From: Macrostomum hystrix
Taxonomy: Eukaryota; Animalia; Platyhelminthes
DNA length: 64,000 bases
Assembly (NCBI GenBank): GCA_950097015.1
Contig: CATNEN010000024.1
Span: 2,356,001-2,420,000, forward strand
Direction of reading: 5' to 3'
The position numbers were made by a program, and so were the translations under genes. Under the pieces are notes generated by a model that saw only the letters and a program-made list of their open reading frames with translations, did not search any database and was not told the origin of the DNA. This document shows positions 25,501 through 35,660 of this stretch, piece after piece; the stretch's first letter is position 1; the number at the start of each line of letters is the position of its first letter.

Positions 25501-28119
25501 AGCATAGAACACAATCTGAGGATCTAGCATGGAATACATTATAAGGGATCTAGCATAGAACACAATCTAAGGATCTAGCATGGAACACAATCTGAGGATC
25601 TAGCATGGAACACAATCTGAGGATCTAGCATGGAATACATTATAAGGGATCTAGCATAGAACACAATCTAAGGATCTAGCTTGGAACACAATCTGAGGAT
25701 CTAGCATAGAACACAATCTGAGGATCTAGCATGGAATACAATCTGTGGATCTAGCATAGAACACAATCTAAGGATCTAGCATGGAACACAATCTGAGGAT
25801 CTAGCATGGAATACATTATAAGGGATCTAGCATGGAAAACAATCTGACGATCTGGCAGGGAACACAATCTGAAGATCTAGCATGGAACACAATCTGAGCA
25901 ATGTCCGTAATGTAGATGCTATTGGAAAAAAGTCAAAGCTTACACCCGCCGCCAGCGCCAGACTGCATCTCCTGCTCCCGACGGCGCTGTTCCTCCTCAC
26001 GGCGCTCCAGCTCTCTGGCTTTGGCTTCTAGTTCGCGTTGGCGCCGCTCCAGCTCTTCTGAGGTGACTCGTTGCTGTGCACTGGCGCTATAGGCTGGTGG
26101 CGGCGGCATTTGCTGTTGCTGCGGCAGGACAGCTGGCTGCTGCTGCTGCTGTTTGACCGACTTGTCAAATGGATTGAAATCATCTGTAGGACGCTGGCTG
26201 GGCTGACCACTGCCCCCAGTTCGAGCCTGTTGCACCGATGGATCCTGACAAGTGTCGAACAAATGACTTTATTGCAGTTCATATTTTATAAAAAAGTTAA
26301 TGCAATACACAATATTGCAAGATTGAAAACTTAATCTTAATAACTTGTATCTCATACCTACAAAAAATAAATGTGTAAGCAGTATAATAACTTTTCGATT
26401 ATAATTTTAGATCGAAATCTAAGCTGATTTAAGTATATGTACAACTATGTACAAATTTGTGTTTTCCAAAAAAGATAATAAACTACTTCATTTATGATTT
26501 AGCCATCAAGAAATAAATAAATAAATCTGGTCTAGATGTAAATTGTTAGCTACACAATAACTAATATTTGAACCACTAAACTCTTGGTCAAAATTAGTCA
26601 AAGCTAGCTCAAGCAATGTAACCATAAGTTCTGCAAGTTTTCACAATGAGTAAAAATTATTGGCAAAGATTGGCAAAACAGTATGAGCAACAATCTGTTA
26701 AAATAGCTGTGTAATCATACATGCACAACACCCAGCTGACCTGGCCGAACCGGCCGGGTGAAACGAGGGCCAAGCAAGGTAAGTCGCAAAAACCAATCGA
26801 CCAAAAAAAAATCAAAGGGGGACCAAGGGACAAAAAAGGAAGGCGTGAAGAAAAGGAAAAAGGGGAGAGAAAAAGAGAGCAAATGAGAGCAAACTGAGTC
26901 ATATATAGAGCAATAAAAATGAACTAAGTCGCAAATGAGAGCAAAAACTAAGTCACACGGCCGGCTAAGATTTGGGAGGTTGCACATGTATGTGTGTAAT
27001 ATGTAACTTTTAAGCTGCTACTAAACATAAATGTAGCCATTTTGGATATTCCTCTGGTAAACTGGACCAATAGCTACTTTTTTATTTGACTGGTGAAAAG
27101 AGTAGAGAAATATATAAGTAATATATAGATTCCTGTATTGATTTTTGTTGTTTTACTTTGAAATATATAAGAATAACTGAAATATACAAATTTCTTATCA
27201 TTTTTTATCAAAGTAATTTAAATACATCACCTTTCACACACCAATCTCAAGAACTACTAGAAGTAGAAAGATGCAATAAGAACTTTAAAATTAAGTGCCA
27301 TGCAAGTAAATTGACATGTTTCTGAAAAAGTATAGAGTACAGTTAGCCTAACATTTGAATCAATAGAAAATCTAGCAAATATAGCCATATTTTGGCTGAC
27401 AACACTTTGTAGCTCAATAGTTGGCAGAAAGTATAATTTAATTCCCTATCATATAGACACTGATTCTACTCTTAGCTCTAGAAAGTCAAAAAATTATATT
27501 TTGTTTGGTGTGTTGTTTGTTTGGAATTTTAATAGGATTATCAGTGTCTGTGAAAATTGTTTTTTATTCCAAATAAACATGTGTAGACACATAACATATA
27601 CAGTTTGACAAGCCTCCAAGCCATGTGTTTATTCCAAGAAAAAATAGTATGAGACTTATATCTCCACAAATCTGTAGTGCATATTTTTCTTACAAAAACC
27701 TGGCACCAAAATGAATTAAATAAATTGAGTATCACTTCCTTTTACTTCTAGTGGTTCTTGAGGTTGATATGCAAAGTTTGATACAATTAATTTACTTTTG
27801 ATCAAAATGTGATTCAAAATTCATTCTTTCAGATACATTACCATGTTCATCTAAAGAAAAACAATGAAAAAAACAATATGGTAATCCACATATTACTGAT
27901 GCATGTTTTTTGCTTCTTTAACTGGACAAAAAATAGCTATTAGCCAAGTTAACCAGACAAATATCCAAAATAGCTAATTGTCCAGTTAACTTGACAAATA
28001 ACAACTGCCATTATATTTAGTAAATAAATCTGTCAAGGAAAAAGTAATAGCCAACTTACCATAAATGGGTTACTGCTATCTGATGATGGCTCAGCAAAAG
28101 GATTGTCAAAATTTGACAT
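22527..28119 (-). CDS. SCAMP: Secretory carrier membrane protein; exons 28119-28060, 26244-25944, 24496-24193, 23136-22917, 22697-22527
   Basis: N-terminal NPF repeats ([24 protein letters not shown]), coiled coil ([11 protein letters not shown]), NNWPPLP...PCFYQDF, E-peptide [36 protein letters not shown]; splice phases consistent. Confidence 0.93.
23222..24105. repeat. Minisatellite with 60-bp and 67-bp unit variants
   Basis: gccagtcacaat(a/g)tgtgtaggttttcc... repeats filling SCAMP intron 23137-24192. Confidence 0.95.
24665..25898. repeat. Minisatellite, 25 bp (aatctgaggatctagcat[a/g]gaacac)
   Basis: Fills most of SCAMP intron 24497-25943. Confidence 0.95.
26716..26992 (-). mobile_element. 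MITE with 8-bp TSD (tgtgtaat), copy 1
   Basis: Ends catacatgcacaac...gttgcacatgtatg; identical 8-bp flanks at 26708-26715 and 26993-27000; inverted homologue at 49644-49935. Confidence 0.85.
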
Positions 28120-29363
28120 GATTGTAGCTAATAAAATCCCTATAAACTATGTCTTGGTTTCTATAGCTTGGTTTTTTTATTTTCTTTTTCAGGGGCTGCT
28201 AGCTAGGGGTAGGGGCTAAGGGCTAAAGCCTAAAGTGAGTAGTTTCAGAAAATTGTTTTAAAGAAACTAGGAAACAACTAGATGGATCGAAAAGCTGAAG
28301 CTGAAATATTGTACTTTTCACAGGCTAAGACTAATATTAAATTTAGCCAAATTTTTAACTGTCCTGTAGGCCTGCTTCTGAAGTAATTATAGTTCTGATT
28401 AGCAGCTAAAAAAAACAAGATGAAGTACAGAAACTATGTTATAATTAAAATAGAATTAAGTTAAGTATTACTATTAGACCAAAGCCTTAAAATGTAGACC
28501 AAGCGCAGCTATATATTAAGCAGCTAAATTAAAAATGATACTTCTTTTTCCTTCACTCGAATAAATATTTTTTACAGGAAACGACAACTTTTTAACGCAA
28601 CATTAATTTTTCTAAGGACTGCGACTTGCAACAGTTATTTTTTTCTTTTTATACATATGCATATTTACTTCTTTTGCAAAACAGTATAACTGCATTAGCA
28701 ACCTGCAATGTGAATATTCAAATGTTAATTCAAAATATTCAAATGTGTCAATATGCCACTAACCTTACTTGTAAGGTACGTACAACAGAATATCATAATT
28801 ACAATAATTGTTTTAAAACGAAAGTAAGGGGGTTGAGAAGCACATATGAAGCTCTGTAGGCAATGTTCTACTTCCGTTCGTTATATTATTTTTTAACTAT
28901 GTCTGGCAATATGTCTTGCACTATGTCTATGGCTTGCAATTTATTCGTCAGGTAGGCCTAACCTACACAAAATCTCATACTCACAATTTTGTATATGTCA
29001 AGTGTATAAAACTGTCAAGTTTTGTTGCAGGGACCCCTTCAATAAAGTCCATTCATTTAAATGATTGTGTAATTAAAGTGAATATGATGTCTCACTAATA
29101 AGATGTCTCACTAATCAAACAATAAGTCAGGGCATACCTTAATTTCTAGCCACTCCTTGTCATAAAATATTTAAATGACACCCAAGAAATGAGCGAATTA
29201 CCTCTGTTAGATAGATTGGGGATCATCTAAAAAAGTGGCTAGGCCTAGGAGTGGGACTAGGACTTTAAATGAAAAAATGCCTGCTCAACATTTAATTCAG
29301 CCATCAGGCAGTGCTTATATAAAATGTTCTGTGCTAATATGGCCAACTTTATCTATACAGATC

Positions 29364-29599
29364 CCATAGTCAGGAAGGTGGCACAGCATGCGCCGGAATA
29401 CATTTTGGAGGGATAATCTGTGCACCGTCTGTGTGCTGTCTATGTGCTGTTTCTGTCCCATAACTTTGATCCTACACAGAAAAGCACCCTATGTTAACCT
29501 GAGACCCTTTGTGTGTGCGGCACTTGTGCACCAATGTGCACCGAGACCCTTTGTGTGTGCAGGAATTTTACCCCTCAGAGGCCATCTTCCTGACTATGG
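29364..29599. mobile_element. Small MITE-like element with ~19-bp TIRs (ccatagtcaggaag[g/a]tggc)
   Basis: TIRs at 29364-29382 and 29581-29599; flanks acagatc/tcagatc suggest an imperfect 7-bp TSD. Confidence 0.55.
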
Positions 29600-30669
29600 T
29601 CAGATCTGACAGATCTATATCAGTAATGCCCACCATATCCACACTGTAGCTCACTAAAATTAAAAAGTTAAAATAAATTTAAATAACTTTACTTATAAAT
29701 AAACTAATTATTAGATGAATTATTGACTAATTAAATAATGTGAATAGGGTTATAATTTTTTAACTTTTTTTTATTTTATGTATTCCTGAAACTCATTTTT
29801 GGCCATAAACATTTTGGCCCACAACTATTTCCACCTCTTACTGATTTGGCCTAATTGTAAAATGACATCTATATTAGGCTAATATAGTACCAGATGTTAA
29901 CTGAATAAATTTTTTGTAGGCCTAAGAATTTTTTTGTTAATGAAATTATTGCAAAATGCAGGTTTAGATTTTTCAGAAAGCTTGCATGCATAGCTGCTGT
30001 TCACCTAGTGTTTTAAGTATATGTACAGCAGTTAGGACATTATAACTCCTGTCCAACTCACAAAAACCCACTAGAAAGAGTATCAGAAGTATCAAATTAG
30101 AACATATGATATGAACTAGGCCAAAATGGTTATGGCTGAAACAACCAGAATGCACTTGCTCACATGTATAAGATTTCATATATTGGCATAAAGGCACATT
30201 GCCTAAGCCCAAATATATTATTTCTTTAGCATCTGGTCTTGTCATGTAACTCTGTGACTAGTCCTAGGCCATAGCTAGTAGAGGTGACACCAGATGTTAA
30301 TCAGCCACTGCCTGTGTTTAAAACCAGGGGCACCAGACTCAAACCTGCTCTGTGCCTAGTCCAGGCCTGCTACACCACAATGACAGACACTTATCTCTGA
30401 CTTGCTTCTCAGGCTCTGGGCCTTACCCTGAACTCTGATAGGCTAGAGTCTGCTGTTTTCTACAAGTGGGTATTTCTGTGACTCACATCTCAGTGCTTGT
30501 TGAAAAAAAATTAAGTAACAACATGCATATACAAAAGAAGTATATAGCAAAAACTTTTTCCACCCAGAACTTTCCACCCCATTCTCTGCTCATTTCTGTA
30601 CATGCATAGAGAACAGATACAATTAAATTCCCCAAGGTCAAAAAAGAAAGAGGCAGAGTGACTTATTAT

Positions 30670-30995
30670 TGAAAAGAGGTGGAATGACTTGTTATTGAAA
30701 AGAAAGAGGTGGAATGACTTGTTATTGAAGAGAGGTGGAATGACTTGTTATTGAAAAGAAAGAAGTGGAATGACTTGTTATTGAAAAGAAAGAGGTGGAA
30801 TGACTTGTTATTGAAGAGAGGTGGAATGACTTGTTATTGAAAAGAAAGAAGTGGAATGACTTGTTATTGAAAAGAAAGAAGTGGAATGACTTGTTATTGA
30901 AGAGAGGTGGAATAACTTGTTATTGAAAAGAAAGGGGTGGAATTACTTGTTATTGAAAAAAGATACAGAAAGTGGTGGAGTGACTTGTTATTAAT
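30670..30995. repeat. Minisatellite, ~27-31 bp (gaggtggaatgacttgttattgaaaagaaa)
   Basis: ~11 tandem units, intergenic. Confidence 0.9.
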
Positions 30996-31083
30996 AAGTT
31001 AGAATTCGTTAAACTTGTAGACGCACCACACGGTACCAGTTTTACCTAGATTTACAATTTGCCATGATTTAATTTTCATAAAA

Positions 31084-31190
31084 ATGTCTAAAACCACAGC
31101 AATTGATATGGATCTCAACACAGCCTACTTGTGTGTTTGCGTTTTTCGGCAAAGAGAGGTTGAGATAGTCCCTAACAGCATTGCTAATCA
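31084..31190 (+). pseudogene. Decayed HSP70 5' fragment
   Basis: MSKTTAIDMDLNTAYLCVCVFRQREVEIVPN aligns without gaps to the HSP70 N-terminus [31 protein letters not shown]; homology stops after ~35 codons. Confidence 0.7.
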
Positions 31191-32746
31191 AATAAAATTT
31201 CACATTCACATAGTTTCACATTCTTAGCATTAATACAATGTTTCTAAGACATATATGGTGGATCTTCAACAAGTGGCGCCAGCTGACTCAGAACTCCCTG
31301 ATGCAAATGTCTCCCGTTTCTCTGATCAAGCATCAATATTGAGCTAAGCTAAACCACAGAACCCTCACCTAGTCTGTCAACCAATCAGTAACCACTCTGA
31401 CACTGTCAGCACCATCAACAGGGTGGCCTCCAGCTGGTTATGGAGATTATGCCGGCAAATTTGGATGACGTGCTGATAAAGTTGGAAAGCCTTGCAAGTC
31501 TGTATACTGCGGCGTAGTGCAAATTCGTGTATACGGTGTATGAAATAACTAGCTCCTACGAAAAAAACTGACCTTCATTCAGAACCATTGAATATCTCGA
31601 TGGTCTGAAAGGCTGGTATCTTGATTATTGTTTCAGAAGATGGGCTACAAAAAGTTGGTCCTTGTTCTTGAGTATTGTGTGCTTGCATTGCTCAGTTCGG
31701 GCGCAGCACAAATAGTTGTCGGGGGGATTTCCACAGCCCAGCGAGTATATTCTACTGTAAATCTTGGCCCTCTTATGCCGAAAATTCGGCCTGCGTTTTG
31801 CCACTCATGCACTACGCTGTCGATATGCTACTATTAGGCCAGAGATGATACCCTGCAAAACTTTAGATTTTTTATTTATCTAAAAAAGTGTGTTAAAATT
31901 TCATAAGTAATCCACTTCATATTACAATTAACACACTACAATATATATATATATGTTTTAAGATCGCATAGCGTGTTTTAAGATATGTAATTTCCAGGCA
32001 ACAGAGCCCATTGTGATGGGATGCATCTGTGCAATAGTTTTTCGCTCGTCGTTATCGACCTACATCAGGAGACTTTTACAGTCCTCGATCCACTGAGAGC
32101 CAGCGAGAGAGGCGTCGCAACGTACTGCAAGCGTGTGAAGTAAGGGACCAAATTTTTGGTCACTGTCTTTTCCATTAATTATTTGTCCCTCAACTCATCA
32201 GCAACCTGATTCGCCTGCTTGACTGGCCGACACTAAGGCCGAAACTTTTCGAAAGTCACTAAAGCTGTGGCTTTTTTGCTGTGTATTCGCTATGTGCATT
32301 GCGCAGCGTAATGCAATCGCAATTCTATCAAGAAGTTTATTTTTTTCTTCAGTGCCCGATTAATTAAATCGTAATCGGACAGTGCATTGTAGCAACATTA
32401 GAATTTTGCTTCTAACTTTTTTGCTGTCACTTAGTCACCCTGGTGCATGTGGAGCACTTGCTATGCGTGATGAAGCCACTTATCATTGCAATGTCATTCT
32501 AGTTATGTCTTGTTTTACTGGGCTTGTTTATTCGCACTATAACATTATTTTATTTTTAGGCTCTCAAAAACAGTTTCTTTCTATACTATTTTTCATCACT
32601 CCGTTGTCACTAAAGTTAAGATGAAAATAGTGATTTGATGTTTTTATTAACTAGCCATTAGCCTTAGAAGCTGTTGATCACTGCTTACTAAATTTGTGTT
32701 AAATTGGTTTGATCGTTTAACTATTAGTTTCAGCACAAACTTACAA

Positions 32747-33759
32747 ATGGACAATGCTAATCCGGTTGTGTATGCCAAGTCTGGCGATAGGCCACTCACC
32801 CCTGGCATGCTAGATGAAAATCTGCCTGATCAGTTTGACGCCCGTGAAATCTTCGATCTAATTCGCGTCATCAATGATCCGGAGCACCCGCTCACACTCG
32901 AGGAGCTCGGCGTAGTTAGCGAGGCTGCTGTACAAGTCGAAGATAGTGGCAATAGAATCGGGATTGAGTTTACGCCAACTATTCCGCACTGCAGTCAGGC
33001 AACTCTTATTGGACTCTGCATTCGAGTCAAGCTGATCAGATCTGTGCCTTCTCGCTTTAAGGTTGTAAAATATGTGCACTTGTTCATGGATTGTACTATT
33101 ATTGCTGCTGGGATACTATAGCATGTGGACTTGGCACTCAAAATGACTTGTACAGTGAAGGACTGTGGGTAATGGCTGGTGCACTGAATGAATGTGGGTA
33201 ATGGCTGGTGCACTGAATGACTGTGGGTAATGGCTGGTGCACTGAATGAATGTTGGTAATAGCGGGTGCACTGAATGACTGGGTAATGGCGGGTGCACTG
33301 AATGACTGTGGGTAATGGCTGGTGCACTGAATGAATGTGGGTAATGGCTGGTGCACTGAATGACTGTGGGTAATGGCTGGTGCACTGAATGACTGTGGGT
33401 AATGGCTGGTGCACTGAATGAATGTTGGTAATAGCGGGTGCACTGAAGGATTGTGATTACCATTAGACTCTTTTGCACTGAAGACTGAAGGGTAATGAAT
33501 TATGCATTAAGTATCCAGTAAGCATTGTCGATGAATGGAAACGCGTTCAAAATAAGTTGACTAATTAACTAAAAAGCTAAAATTCTTTTTACTTTTGCAC
33601 ATCGAACAGGTGGACGTCCGCATCGCGCCGGGTACGCACAACTCGGAGGAGGCCATCAACAAGCAACTGGCTGACAAGGAGCGAGTCGCGGCCGCCCTCG
33701 AGAACACTCACCTGTTGACCGTGGTCAACCAGTGTCTGGGTGACATGCGGGAGCACTAA
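32747..33759 (+). CDS. CIAO2B: CIA-targeting complex subunit (FAM96B/MIP18); exons 32747-33061 and 33610-33759
   Basis: [76 protein letters not shown]; donor could alternatively be 3 nt later. Confidence 0.95.
33160..33455. repeat. Minisatellite, 29/31 bp (gtgggtaatggctggtgcactgaatga..)
   Basis: In the CIAO2B intron. Confidence 0.92.
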
Positions 33760-34159
33760 TGATGCATTGGGGCCATTTACATTCTCCTTTTTTATGCCAG
33801 TGTGAAATTTGTGAGAACAGCCTAATGATTTTCATCATTTATTAAGATCGTGATGAGTCGATCACTCACTTTGATAAGTTGATAATTCACCCAATATGGT
33901 CTTGTATAAATTTTGCATTTTTCATAGTACCATGAAAAACCAAAAATATTTTTTTCCTGCTTTTATATAAGTAAATTGCGATTATGAGTGAAATATATCA
34001 AATACAAGATGTGATTTGACATTAAAACTTTGCAAATTTCTGAAACAAATTTATGCGAGTTTTTCTCTTCGCGAAATTATATTGTCTATATTTTGTCGCA
34101 TTATGTATTGGATTAATGTCTAAGACATCTACAAGCCTTTGGGGTAAGTTCAATTTGGC

Positions 34160-34262
34160 TCTCGCATTGCAATCCCTGAGCTCGAATCCGCCGCGAGGTC
34201 ACATTTGGGGCACAGCTGCAGAGGGAAGGCTTGGAGCCTTGTCGTGCAATTTACGCCCATTA
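34160..34262 (+). mobile_element. Partial SINE, family A
   Basis: ccctgagctcgaatccgccgcgagg...gaaggcttgg...ttgtcgtgcaatttacgccc matches family A. Confidence 0.6.
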
Positions 34263-34334
34263 TGTATATAAGGCACAGAATATTCTGTGAAATAAAGTGT
34301 TCTAACCTAGTTATTAAAATTTCGAACTAACAAC

Positions 34335-34550
34335 TTAAGGTTTGGGGTTTCGATTCCTGACTCCACTGGAACACTTTGTGTACTTTTGTAAGACACTAAA
34401 GTCTACGCTCGTACATTGCTTCATTTCAAATAGTTGTTAAATGGGTACCAGCATCAGCTGGGGTAATTGGGGGGGGGGTAGAGGCGCCCCTGGTCCATGG
34501 ACTGAACAGCCTTACGCGGCTGTAGTTATTTATTATGATTATACGAGTAT
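34335..34550 (+). mobile_element. SINE, family B (5'-decayed)
   Basis: ggtttcgattcctgactccactggaaca...aaatgggtaccagcatcagctggg...gtccatggactgaacag; tta-rich tail. Confidence 0.65.
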
Positions 34551-34639
34551 TATTCATCTTCCGCAGAAGCATACAAAATGCTGTGCATTCTCTTGTTTCA
34601 GTCAGCTGCGAGTCCCTAAGTTAAAGTTAAAACGCGAAA

Positions 34640-35660
34640 ATGCACGTCGAAGACATGACTAGACTAGCTGGGCTAGACTCGCTACTACTGCCAGTAGTAG
34701 GGTCTGGCTACTGCCTGATTAGCGAGCTGTGCGGCAGTGGCACCGATTCGACTCTCTGGCTTTGGCTGTCCGACGGTGAGGCCGTCCTCAGTGCGCGAAT
34801 CGGTCGCGAGGAGGCGGCAAATCTGCGGCGCAAGCTGGGCCTTCTGGACGACCAGAGCGTCTTCCATCTTATTAGGTAAAGTGCAAGGAGCTCGTACCTG
34901 TAAAAAATCCGCAGCGAGACTTTCTCATCATTATATAAGGGGGCGAGTGTAGAGCGGTTAATGCGTTTGCCTCTCGCGCAAAGGTCCCTGAGCTCGATTC
35001 CGCGGCGACGCTACGTTTATTTGGGGCGCAGCCGCTAAGAGAAGGCTTAGGGTCTTTTTCGATGAGAAAGTCAGGGCAGATGTGCAAACCTGTGTGAGTG
35101 TGTGCCTGCATACAATATATGTGTGCGTGTGTGCTCAGGAGTCAACGGAATTGACAGAATCGCCACAAAATGATAAGCAATTATTATTCTCGTCAATATC
35201 CCTAAATATGATATTCCAAAAATCGGTGTACCTCAAAACCTGTAGCAGTCGTGTGCTTGTGGGGTGCAAATTTGAGTCTAGAAAAAGCCTAAAGTGAGCT
35301 CAACATAAGAATGTAGTCTACTCGTAGAATCTCGAATAGCAAGAGATGGGAGAAAAATCCCCTCTAAAAAATCTCCACAGGTCCGCTCTGGAGCGTGACA
35401 GGCCGCGACCTTCGCCATCTCGGCCAGCCTCTCCGGTTTCAATTCGTCTGACAGTAGCCAATGGTAAAGGGGCCTGCAGAATTCAGCTGCTACCGGCCGC
35501 AGATCCCGGCCCGGCTCGGTGTCGCCTACTGGCCCTGCTAACAAGTCGCTCAATGTCCGCTGGAGCTGAGCTGGCGGCTCTGAGGCAGGAGCAGCATTTG
35601 GCTATTGACAATAACAATGATGAGCGCGTGCCAAATCTGAATTACAGCCAACAGATTTAA
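34640..35660 (+). CDS. Candidate PAXX / XRCC4-XLF superfamily protein, ~170-180 aa; exons 34640(or 34655)-34875 and 35381-35660
   Basis: Two GC-rich exons joined ag|gtaaag...cacag|g in frame. LWLWLSDGEAVLSARIGREEAANLRRKLGL resembles PAXX FNLYVTDAAELWSTCFTPDSLAALKARFGL, followed by beta-strand and coiled-coil segments; homology judged by eye. Confidence 0.55.
34939..35190 (+). mobile_element. tRNA-derived SINE, family A (internally deleted)
   Basis: ggggcgagtgtagagcggttaatgcg...gagctcgattcc; tail aattattatt; inside intron 34876-35380. Confidence 0.75.
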
